Origin: a virus
Taxonomy: Duplodnaviria; Caudoviricetes
Direction: 5' to 3' (one strand)
Length of the DNA stretch: 63,869 bases
Virus record (IMG/VR): IMGVR_UViG_3300033153_003795
Coordinates: 1 to 63,869 of that record
The position numbers and the translations under genes are program-made. Under the pieces are notes generated by a model. That model made no database searches and was not told the DNA's origin. It was given only the letters and a program-made list of their open reading frames with translations. The first letter of the stretch is position 1, and the number at the start of each line of letters is the position of its first letter. Below are positions 7,096-15,864 of the stretch, piece after piece.

Positions 7096-7782
7096 GTGCA
7101 TTACACGATATACAAAACTACAAATAACGTAAACAACAAACACTATATAGGTGCGCACGCGACAACTGATGCTAATGACAAATATATCGGCTCAGGAAAA
7201 CATTTGCTTCGAGCGATAAAAAAGTACGGAACAGCATCCTTCAGTAAAGAGGTAATCTTTATGGCAAAGTCAGAAGCTATAATGTATTGGATTGAAGAGA
7301 TGTTAGTCGATAGAGCGTACGTAAATAATGTAAACAGTTATAACCTTAAAACCGGCGGGAAATCAGGAAGCGGTCTAAATAGATTTACGAAAGAAGAATC
7401 TTGCGCTATATGGAAAAAGAGATCCGAGTCTAGTTTATGGGTAAACGGCAAAACCTATGAGGAAATTTACGGAAAAGAGCGTGCAATTGAGCTTAAAAAA
7501 CTTCGAAGCGATACCTTTAAAAAGATAGACAAGAATGGAGCCAAGAACCCAAGAGCTGGTTTTGTAACTGTGTACAACGCTTCTTCTGAAGTCGTGCATG
7601 AGTTTGATGGAACATTTAGAACTGCAACAAAAGAGCTTGGATTACCGACAAACGCTCTGTTACAGTCATACTTGAACGGCGGAGTTAAAATATACGAGAA
7701 CATAGTAGACAATGGTAATATAGCTATTCTTAAATCAAAAGGATTTTATAAGTATAAAGGATGGTACGCAATAAAAAGATAA
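7096..7782 (+). CDS. GIY-YIG (Seg-like) homing endonuclease
   Basis: YTIYKTTN..NNKHYIG.H...Y.GSG..L..AIKKYG...F.KE...YN. Confidence 0.85.
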   Translation: MHYTIYKTTNNVNNKHYIGAHATTDANDKYIGSGKHLLRAIKKYGTASFSKEVIFMAKSEAIMYWIEEMLVDRAYVNNVNSYNLKTGGKSGSGLNRFTKEESCAIWKKRSESSLWVNGKTYEEIYGKERAIELKKLRSDTFKKIDKNGAKNPRAGFVTVYNASSEVVHEFDGTFRTATKELGLPTNALLQSYLNGGVKIYENIVDNGNIAILKSKGFYKYKGWYAIKR

Positions 7783-7824
7783 GCTCATTATAAGAAATTC
7801 TATGTTACAATCTTATATAGAGGA

Positions 7825-8034
7825 TTGAAAATGAAAATAGGAATTGATAACTTAGATTTAGTAGTACAAAGCGATGATATAGATTTAAGTGAGTATAGGT
7901 ATCTTGACGAAAAGTATGTACATGCTGTAGATAGTTTAGTAGATATACTAATTACTAGCGACGAAGAAACAGCAAAGTATTTTTCTGATAACGGGATTAC
8001 ATCATTTGTGCAATTTAAGGAAGATTTAAGCTAA
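7825..8034 (+). CDS. Hypothetical protein
   Basis: 69 aa acidic ORF; GAGGA RBS. Confidence 0.55.
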   Translation: MKMKIGIDNLDLVVQSDDIDLSEYRYLDEKYVHAVDSLVDILITSDEETAKYFSDNGITSFVQFKEDLS

Positions 8035-8076
8035 ATAATTGTACCATAACTGTAAATAACTAACAGGTGGACAGTA

Positions 8077-8820
8077 ATGGCTTTTAAAAGTTTAGTAAGA
8101 AAACCTAAGACTGAGGTAGATGTAGAGACGTTACGGGAAATGTTCCCTCAACGTAAGGCTACAATTACAAAGGACTTAGCGTTTTACGTGGATAGCGCTA
8201 ATAGCGATGAAGATTTTAACGGTGATGAGTTTTTAGACACACTTGTCTCGTATAGAGATGTTATGCTAAAAGGTACATATAGTATAAAAGAATATGTAAC
8301 GGCTGTAAAGTTCTGTGCATACTTAATAGCAGAAGATGACAATATTGTAGAGGCGTATAAAAGAGCTAGAGGCGAAGACGATTTCGTAAAATCTAGAGTA
8401 GGTGCTAAAGCAGGTAGTAAAGACTACAACGCATTAACTAGTGCGTCTAGTAGGTATAGACAAAGCAAATTAGTTAAAGAGTTACTTACCGTATCGCAGA
8501 TGCCACTATACTTAATGTTTCAAGGTGAGCGTTATAGAGCAGTAGAAGTACTAGCAGATGAGATGCAGTCAGCGGCATATAGTAAAGATAGAATTAACGC
8601 AGCAGATAAACTACTAACACACGTTAAACCCCCAGAAAATATGCAAATAGAATTAGAAGTTGGACCTAACCAGGAGTCTAAGGACTTAAGTGCGGTTATT
8701 AGTGAGAAACTAGCTACATCGATAGCCTTACAGAGACAACTACTAGATGCTGGTGTTCCATTAGAGGAAGCACAAAAACTAGGTATACAAGAAACAGTAA
8801 TTGAAGCGGAGATAGAATAA
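8077..8820 (+). CDS. Putative terminase small subunit (N4 gp69-like)
   Basis: Y..AVKFC.Y and AAD.LLTH.KPPE motifs; position upstream of TerL. Confidence 0.75.
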   Translation: MAFKSLVRKPKTEVDVETLREMFPQRKATITKDLAFYVDSANSDEDFNGDEFLDTLVSYRDVMLKGTYSIKEYVTAVKFCAYLIAEDDNIVEAYKRARGEDDFVKSRVGAKAGSKDYNALTSASSRYRQSKLVKELLTVSQMPLYLMFQGERYRAVEVLADEMQSAAYSKDRINAADKLLTHVKPPENMQIELEVGPNQESKDLSAVISEKLATSIALQRQLLDAGVPLEEAQKLGIQETVIEAEIE

Positions 8821-9059
8821 TGATAGAGCTTAAGTTAAAATATGTAAACAAGATGGATATAGATATTAGGTGGATGATGGACATAAGTAAAAACTACAGC
8901 AAACCTGGTAGTTTAGAAGTAACTACTGATAACCATTTATTAGAGACAGAAAAAGAATGGTTAAGTGATGTACTTAATTGGGTGTATAAAGATAATGATA
9001 ACCGCGACATAAAAGTTAACGGCGAGTTTTACATAGTAGACGAGTTTATTGATGCGTAA
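8820..9059 (+). CDS. Hypothetical protein
   Basis: 79 aa; TAATG-coupled. Confidence 0.6.
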   Translation: MIELKLKYVNKMDIDIRWMMDISKNYSKPGSLEVTTDNHLLETEKEWLSDVLNWVYKDNDNRDIKVNGEFYIVDEFIDA

Positions 9060-9207
9060 TATTATAGCACTTCTAATGATGCTAGTATGGATAGCTGGCA
9101 TAGTAATCAGTAATGGCTTTTGGTCTGCACTTTTTGCGATATTCATACCACCGTACTCTTGGTACTTAGTAGTAGAATTGGTGTTAAAAACTAATGGATG
9201 GGTCTAA
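9052..9207 (+). CDS. Small membrane protein (not in the ORF track)
   Basis: 51 aa MRNIIALLMMLVWIAG...GFWSALFAIFIPPYSWYLVVE...; its stop overlaps the ATG at 9207. Confidence 0.6.
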   Translation: MRNIIALLMMLVWIAGIVISNGFWSALFAIFIPPYSWYLVVELVLKTNGWV

Positions 9208-11048
9208 TGGAAGAAGAACAAGTATTTTCATTTAATAAAAAAGAGCAAGCACTATACAGTGAAGATATTATTAATGACATAGTCACAGAAGAACAAGTAA
9301 GTAAAGCCGAAGAAGAGTATGAGGTATTAGCAGCCAAAGCTACATTCGATTTAGATAAAGCATTAGATACTTACGATCCGACATTTCCTAGGTACTCTAT
9401 AAGTGAAAATGCTTTAGAATTCTTTGCGTGGATGAGATTAGTTCAAGGTAAAGACTTTGAGTTTAGCACACCTGTTGCTCATTACTTTATGGTAGACTTA
9501 CTATTAGGTAATATAACTGATCCTATGGCATTTCCATATAGTGAAGAAGTGTGTAAAACAATTACTATAGATATCCTTAATATAGGATTTATGGCAAGTC
9601 GTGGTATGGCTAAATCTACAGTAGTATTGTCATTCTTTGGTGTGTACAGTGCTATGAAAGGTAAATTACCTAATGATATAGGCGAAGTGTTCTTTTATGT
9701 AGTGCTTGCAGCTTCTAGTAGAGGTGGTGCGAGAGTTAATGCGTTAGCTGTTAAAGCAATGTGTGAAGATAGTGAATTTTTGAAGGAATACTTTGAAGAT
9801 ATGAGATTTACCGAAACTGAGAGCGAGTTCGTAAGAAGAGGTTCTGGTCCAAAAAAGGATAGGTCATTTTTAATTAGGTATCAAGGTATAGCGACTGGTA
9901 TTCGTGGATCTAGGTACGGTGAAAGACGACCTGATGCAATCTTATTTGATGATGCTATTTTGAACACTGCTGCTGCATATTCGAAAATTATGAGCGATAA
10001 CCTAGATGAAATTATTAGTTCAGATGCTACCAATGCGCTAAAAGGTGGAGGTAAAGGTAGAGTTGTATTATGTTTTACTCCTTTTCACTATGGAGATGTT
10101 AATACTAAAGCATTACTAAATGGTTCATTCACTCCTGTTGTAATACCGATTGCAAGAGATTTTGATGCAGAAACTGATGTAGAGGCAAAGGATATAGAGA
10201 GCAGTTGGTCTGCAATGCATCCTAACGATTCTATAGCTAAGCTATGTAAGAAAGCAAAAAAGGCGACTAAATTAGGGTCATTTCTACAAGAAAGAATGCT
10301 TAGACTTACTAGTGGTAGTGATAGATTAGTACCGGAGAAATGTATACAGTTTTGTAATATGACTCCTATAGTAAAGAATATCGATAAGTATAATGTATAT
10401 ATTACTACCGATTATACTACTACTAGTGGTGAAGGTAGCGACTTTAGTGGTAGAGCGACTTGGGCAGTAAGTAATAACGAAGATTGGTTTATGCTAAGTC
10501 TCTCCCTTAGAAAACTAGGTATGTCTGCACAATACGAAGATACTTTAGATGAAGCGACCAAATGGAAACGTAGAGGCAAATATGTTGAGATAGGGGTTGA
10601 AGTTGATGGAAATCAATCAGCACATATACATTCACTAGAAAGTATAATGATGCAAAGAGGTGAGTATTTTACGTTTGCTAAACAAAAAGGTGCAACAAAC
10701 CTGGAGAGAAAAGGCATATTAAGCAAAAGTACTGGTGTTAAAAAGCACGAAAGGTTTAGAATTGCGGTTAATAATGTGATACTACCTAAGAAGTTATGGT
10801 TACCTGAGCACTTAAAAGGCACTCCTGAGATGGATGAGTTTTTAGCACAGATACGTGGTGCTACACACGAGCAGTTTACTAGAGCAGATGATGGTCCAGA
10901 TTTGATTACTATGGGAGCTGTAAGTATGCATGTAGTTTATCCTAGTGAAGGCTATAGTAGTAGCGATACTACAAGTCCTACAGACGCATACTACCCAGAC
11001 CCTTATGACGATGATGATGAGAGTATTTCAGGAAGTACTGTTTTCTAA
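9207..11048 (+). CDS. Terminase large subunit (N4 gp68-like)
   Basis: Walker A SRGMAKST, GIRG...RPD.ILFDD, nuclease YITTD..TT..SDFS and DD.PD; start at 9207 by TAATG coupling (track gives 9198). Confidence 0.92.
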   Translation: MEEEQVFSFNKKEQALYSEDIINDIVTEEQVSKAEEEYEVLAAKATFDLDKALDTYDPTFPRYSISENALEFFAWMRLVQGKDFEFSTPVAHYFMVDLLLGNITDPMAFPYSEEVCKTITIDILNIGFMASRGMAKSTVVLSFFGVYSAMKGKLPNDIGEVFFYVVLAASSRGGARVNALAVKAMCEDSEFLKEYFEDMRFTETESEFVRRGSGPKKDRSFLIRYQGIATGIRGSRYGERRPDAILFDDAILNTAAAYSKIMSDNLDEIISSDATNALKGGGKGRVVLCFTPFHYGDVNTKALLNGSFTPVVIPIARDFDAETDVEAKDIESSWSAMHPNDSIAKLCKKAKKATKLGSFLQERMLRLTSGSDRLVPEKCIQFCNMTPIVKNIDKYNVYITTDYTTTSGEGSDFSGRATWAVSNNEDWFMLSLSLRKLGMSAQYEDTLDEATKWKRRGKYVEIGVEVDGNQSAHIHSLESIMMQRGEYFTFAKQKGATNLERKGILSKSTGVKKHERFRIAVNNVILPKKLWLPEHLKGTPEMDEFLAQIRGATHEQFTRADDGPDLITMGAVSMHVVYPSEGYSSSDTTSPTDAYYPDPYDDDDESISGSTVF

Positions 11049-11077
11049 GGTTATACAAAGGTTTTATCCGCTATAAT
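11046..11077 (+). promoter_or_regulatory. Promoter
   Basis: TAAGG..AAAGG..GCTATAAT (11072-11077). Confidence 0.6.
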
Positions 11078-11147
11078 GATGTAGATAAAAGTTAAGATAA
11101 TAGTAGTACCGTGGATATTTTGCAGGTACACGAAAAAAGGATAGAAG

Positions 11148-11459
11148 ATGGCAACAGTCATTTATAAAGGTGATTCAACAAATGTTTACAACATTAAAGT
11201 TAATGGCGAAACCGACTATAGTCTATATTCTTGTCAAGGGATAATAGTTAAAAGCATTGGTGACACACCGATAGTTAATAAAACTTTTACTCTTGACGAA
11301 ACAGATGGCTTTGATGTCTTTTTTCTTGCCGAAGAGACAGATTTATTGGAGATAGGAACTTATTTGGAAATATACGAACTTACAAAAACTGAAAGCGGAG
11401 AAATCGTATACAGAAGAGAACTTCAAAGAATAATCCAAGTTAAAAAAGACGGGATATAA
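11148..11459 (+). CDS. Putative virion protein (BppU N-terminal-like)
   Basis: IYKGDS...ETDLLEIGTY..ELT pattern. Confidence 0.5.
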   Translation: MATVIYKGDSTNVYNIKVNGETDYSLYSCQGIIVKSIGDTPIVNKTFTLDETDGFDVFFLAEETDLLEIGTYLEIYELTKTESGEIVYRRELQRIIQVKKDGI

Positions 11460-11464
11460 AGGCA

Positions 11465-11671
11465 ATGAGTCTTGAATTTAGCTTAAAGAGTGAAAAAAAT
11501 CTTATCATTTCCGAAATACTATCAAATCTAATAATCACAATAACAAATAAATTCCCAAAAGTCGCTGATACTATCTTTGGTGGCATTGCTTCTAGCAGTT
11601 TCACAGACATATATTACGGTGGATTACCATCAAGCAGTTTTAGCAATTCAATATACGGAGGAACACCATAA
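11465..11671 (+). CDS. Small tail-associated protein with GG-x-SSSF repeats
   Basis: FGGIASSSF / YGGLPSSSF / YGGTP; coupled to the fibre gene. Confidence 0.5.
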   Translation: MSLEFSLKSEKNLIISEILSNLIITITNKFPKVADTIFGGIASSSFTDIYYGGLPSSSFSNSIYGGTP

Positions 11672-14600
11672 TGGCACAAACAGACGCATACATAAGACTT
11701 AGGAGTGGAACAGCAGCGGCATGGACTTCAGCAAATCCAATACTACTAAGTGGAGAAAAAGGCATAGAGAGCGATACACTAAAAGAGAAAGTAGGCGATG
11801 GCGCAACTACTTGGACTTCCCTAGGTTATCAAATCGGAACAGCAGTGCCAGAGAGTGCAGTTTTTACGGATACAACGTACTCAGTAGAAAATGGTGGACT
11901 AACTGAGATCAACTTAACATCAGCACTAAAAACAAACTATGACGATGCCTATACGCATAGTCAAGCAAGTCATGCACCAACAAATGCAGATAACACAGCC
12001 GCTAACGAAACAAGTCATACTGATGTTCTTGTTGATGGTGATGTAGGTGTGGATGTTCAAGGATATGACGCTGGACTTACTTCAATAGCAGGGTTAACTA
12101 CTTTAGCTGATAGAATGATATATACAACTGCTTCTGATACTTATGCGGTAACTCCCCTTACTACTGCAGGTAGAGCGCTATTAGATGATGCTGATGCCTC
12201 TGCCCAAAGGACTACACTTGGACTAGCTATAGGCACTGATGTCCAAGCTCATGATACTATTTTAGATAACACAACAGCTTCATTCCTAACCGCTGATGAA
12301 ACTAAACTAGACGGACTTCCTTCTACTGTCGATTTTAATACAGTCGACTTTGTAGAGAAGATAGGTTCTCCAACACACATTAGTACTTTAGCAGAAGTAT
12401 TTAATCATATGTATTCTGCTGGAGTAATGGATGACTGTACTATGTCCGATAATGGAGATGGAACAGTATCTTTTACAAGTGGTTCGGCAATGCTTAGATC
12501 TTCAGCAGATAGTCATAGCACTTTATATGCTATAGAAATTGACGCACAAGCTAATCTAGAACTAGTAGACGGTGCTACCAATTACATCTATTTAGATTAC
12601 AATGGTGGCTCTCCTATATTTGTTGCAAGCTCATCTGAGACCTCATTTAACTGTCAAGATAAGTGTATTGCCTATCTTGCGGTAAGAGATGGTAATCATA
12701 TTGATTTTATAGACGCTTCTCAACAAAATGTGGATGGTAACACTAAACAAAGAAGACTATTTATGGACTTTAGCAGATTCATACATAAAGCTGGGGGAAG
12801 TGTTATCTCTGAAGTTGATACTAGAAATATAGATATTACTGCTGGTGCATTTTACTTTATGATTTCTAAGACAGAACATCCTCATTTTGATACGTCTATT
12901 GCTGGAACAGCTAATGAGAATATATTTTCATTGGCATATAGAGATGGTGCAGGTGGATGGACAGAAATTATTGAAGAAAAACGAGTAACTAATACTTTAT
13001 ATGATGATGGTTCAGGAACCCTAGCTACAATCGCAAACTCTAAGTTTGGTGTAACATGGTTTTATATTGTAAATAATACACCATCACATCTAGTTGCTGT
13101 TTATGGACAGGATGAATATGCGAGTCTAGCTGACGCAGAAAACGCTTCTCCCCCAGCAACAGTTCCAATCGATGTTGGAGGGTTAGGTGCTTTAGTAGGA
13201 TTTGTTGTATATCAAGAAAATGCTACAAACTTCGATAATACGTTAAGTGCTTTCTCTCAAACTTTTAGCCCTAGTGCTGCAACTACGCATAATGGTCTTG
13301 CCGGTATAGAAGGTGGTGGAATAGACGATTATCAGCATTTAACTACGACTGAATTAACTAAACTAGGCGGTATAGCGACAGGAGCAGATGTAACTTCAGC
13401 TAATGAAACCTCTCACGCTGATGTTGTAGTAGATGGAGATATTGGTTCAACCGTTCAAGCACATAGCGCAGTACTGGATGCAACAACTGCCAGTTTCTTA
13501 ACAGCTGATGAAACCAAGCTTGATGGTATAGAGGCAAGTGCAAATAACTACTCGCACCCAACTGGTGACGGTAATCTTCATGTCCCTGCAAATAGTACAA
13601 CTAATGACGGTAAAGTGTTAACAGCTGGTGCTTCTGCTGGTACGTACACTTGGGAAACATCAGGTGGTGGACTTTCTGATCCAATGACAACTAGAGGTGA
13701 TTTAATATTTAAGAATGCTTCTAATGTTACTGTTAGACTTCCAGCTGGTACAGTTGGTCAAGTATTAACAAGTGATGGCACAGATATATCATGGGATGAT
13801 GCTGCTGGTGGTGGAGGAGGTATTGGCGAGTTCAAAGACAGCACTATTGCAATCTCTCATAATGATACCGCTTTTGCCAATGATGATGAAACATATAATT
13901 CAAATATAGGTATTGGTTACTCAATTATGGCAGCAGCTACTACTGGCGCAATTAAAAATGTTTGTATTGGTGTAAACTTAGGTACAGCTAATACAACTGG
14001 TGATAACAATGTATTTATCGGTGAGGATATAGCAGTAAACAACACAGGCCCTAACGCTTCTATAGCTATAGGTGATCAAGCTTATTACTATGGTAATGGT
14101 CTTAATAATATTGCTCTTGGAAAATGGGCAATGTTTGGTGGTGCTGCTGGTGTAAGTGGTGGTTATAATTTAGCTATATTACCACAAGCTGGTTATGCTC
14201 TTACCACAGGAGCCAATAATGTCAACATAGGCCAATTAGCTGGATATACAAATGCTACTGGCTCATTCAATGTATTCTTAGGATACAATGCAGGTAAGTT
14301 AAGTACAGGTGGAAACAGTGTGCATGTAGGTAAAGATGCAGGTATTACATTAACCACAGGTGCTAATAATATGTGTTTAGGTTATTTAGCAGATGGAAGT
14401 TCAGCAACAGTGTCAAATGAGATCACTCTAGGTAATTCATCAATAGCTACTCTAAGATGTCAAGTTACAACAATTACTTCATTGTCAGATGAAAGAGATA
14501 AAGCCAATGTTCAACCATTAGATGCTGGACTTGACTTTATTAATACACTTAATCCAGTTAGATTTGACTGGAATACGCGAGATGGTGCTAAAGTTGGAGA

Positions 14601-14808
14601 TAACGATATTGGCTTTATTGCCCAAGAGTTACAACAAGCACAAGTAGATAAAAATATAGGTATACCTCATTTAGTTATGGATAGTAATCCAGATAAGCTA
14701 GAAGCAGGTTATGGGATGTTAATAGCACCTCTAGTACAAGCAATTAAAGAGTTAACCACAATAGTGGATAATCAACAATTAGAAATAAACGCATTAAAAG
14801 GATTATAA
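11671..14808 (+). CDS. Tail fibre/spike with Mtd-N-like N-terminus and C-terminal peptidase S74 chaperone
   Basis: IRLRSGTAAAWTSANPILLSGE.G.E.DT...KVGDG; NxxIG beta-repeats; SDERDK...GFIAQE chaperone. Confidence 0.85.
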   Translation: MAQTDAYIRLRSGTAAAWTSANPILLSGEKGIESDTLKEKVGDGATTWTSLGYQIGTAVPESAVFTDTTYSVENGGLTEINLTSALKTNYDDAYTHSQASHAPTNADNTAANETSHTDVLVDGDVGVDVQGYDAGLTSIAGLTTLADRMIYTTASDTYAVTPLTTAGRALLDDADASAQRTTLGLAIGTDVQAHDTILDNTTASFLTADETKLDGLPSTVDFNTVDFVEKIGSPTHISTLAEVFNHMYSAGVMDDCTMSDNGDGTVSFTSGSAMLRSSADSHSTLYAIEIDAQANLELVDGATNYIYLDYNGGSPIFVASSSETSFNCQDKCIAYLAVRDGNHIDFIDASQQNVDGNTKQRRLFMDFSRFIHKAGGSVISEVDTRNIDITAGAFYFMISKTEHPHFDTSIAGTANENIFSLAYRDGAGGWTEIIEEKRVTNTLYDDGSGTLATIANSKFGVTWFYIVNNTPSHLVAVYGQDEYASLADAENASPPATVPIDVGGLGALVGFVVYQENATNFDNTLSAFSQTFSPSAATTHNGLAGIEGGGIDDYQHLTTTELTKLGGIATGADVTSANETSHADVVVDGDIGSTVQAHSAVLDATTASFLTADETKLDGIEASANNYSHPTGDGNLHVPANSTTNDGKVLTAGASAGTYTWETSGGGLSDPMTTRGDLIFKNASNVTVRLPAGTVGQVLTSDGTDISWDDAAGGGGGIGEFKDSTIAISHNDTAFANDDETYNSNIGIGYSIMAAATTGAIKNVCIGVNLGTANTTGDNNVFIGEDIAVNNTGPNASIAIGDQAYYYGNGLNNIALGKWAMFGGAAGVSGGYNLAILPQAGYALTTGANNVNIGQLAGYTNATGSFNVFLGYNAGKLSTGGNSVHVGKDAGITLTTGANNMCLGYLADGSSATVSNEITLGNSSIATLRCQVTTITSLSDERDKANVQPLDAGLDFINTLNPVRFDWNTRDGAKVGDNDIGFIAQELQQAQVDKNIGIPHLVMDSNPDKLEAGYGMLIAPLVQAIKELTTIVDNQQLEINALKGL

Positions 14809-14809
14809 G

Positions 14810-15094
14810 ATGTCGACAGTTTTAAACAACCCATTAGTAGAAACAAAAACAATAGATAAAGTACAGATCACTCGTATAGATAATAATATAGAAGAGGGTT
14901 ACATAGAAATTAGCTACCTTACTCTATATGATAATAACACTCCCGCACAAAGAGGCATAGTGGGAGTAAAAGGTTATGATGCAGTTAAAGCACTATATAC
15001 TGAAACTGATATATTAATAGCTACTGGTAAAACATTTGAAGAAGCTAGTACTGAAATACTTTATGCAAAAGTAGTAGCACAATTAGAATTATAA
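14810..15094 (+). CDS. Hypothetical tail-associated protein
   Basis: 94 aa; AAAGGA RBS; directly after the fibre gene. Confidence 0.6.
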   Translation: MSTVLNNPLVETKTIDKVQITRIDNNIEEGYIEISYLTLYDNNTPAQRGIVGVKGYDAVKALYTETDILIATGKTFEEASTEILYAKVVAQLEL

Positions 15095-15184
15095 AATGGG
15101 AAAAACTACATGTATATTAAGGTTATTAGAAGAGCTGACTAAGTCGGAGTAGTGAAATACAGATTAAGAAACTACTATACTAAC

Positions 15185-15216
15185 TAAGGTCTAATTTAGA
15201 AAGATTACTGTATAAT
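15185..15216 (+). promoter_or_regulatory. Promoter
   Basis: TAAGG..TTAG..TGTATAAT (15211-15216). Confidence 0.6.
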
Positions 15217-15252
15217 ATAGCCAAAGAATGACGCTAGGGTCAGGAGAATGGT

Positions 15253-15864
15253 ATGACTATACAACAATTGGTAAATTTAGCTGTTGAAGGTGAACTAAGG
15301 ACTTTACAAGTAAAAGACAATATACCTGCTATAATAGGTTATGTCAACTTAGGCCTTATCGAATTATATAAACGATTTCCACTAGATGTGCAAGAACACT
15401 TAATAGAGTTGTTGGATGGTGTAGAAGTATACACAATGCCTACTGACTTTATGTGGATAGTAGCTGCGTATGATGAAGTACCTGAAGGTAGTAGTGTAGT
15501 GGTACTCCCTATCCCTATAAACGAAGAAGATAATCCTGTAAGTATTAATACTATTAATTGGAATCAAGTACAGATACCTGTAACTGTGACTGGTTCGTAT
15601 ATAAGTATTATCTATGTAGCCGCTCCTTCGTATTTTACGGAAAGCGATGTAGCTGAAGCATTACCCCTCCCACCTCAAATGGTAGAAGCGTTACTACACT
15701 ATATTGGGTATAGAGCACATGGTTCTGATGATGGTAATGTACAGGCAGAGAATAGCACACATTATCAAAGATTTGAACTTAGTTGTAAAAGAATCGAGCA
15801 GATGGGTATGTTTACCTCTGATGATTTAAGTATGATTGATAGAAATATGAAAGGATTTGCCTAA
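15253..15864 (+). CDS. Head-tail adaptor (N4 gp67-like)
   Basis: NLGL.ELYKRF and EALL.YIGYR motifs. Confidence 0.75.
   Translation: MTIQQLVNLAVEGELRTLQVKDNIPAIIGYVNLGLIELYKRFPLDVQEHLIELLDGVEVYTMPTDFMWIVAAYDEVPEGSSVVVLPIPINEEDNPVSINTINWNQVQIPVTVTGSYISIIYVAAPSYFTESDVAEALPLPPQMVEALLHYIGYRAHGSDDGNVQAENSTHYQRFELSCKRIEQMGMFTSDDLSMIDRNMKGFA

Noticed and set aside
11671-14808. Diversity-generating retroelement suggested by the Mtd-like N-terminus
   Set aside because: No reverse transcriptase and no adenine-variable TR/VR pair seen; the C-terminus is an S74 chaperone
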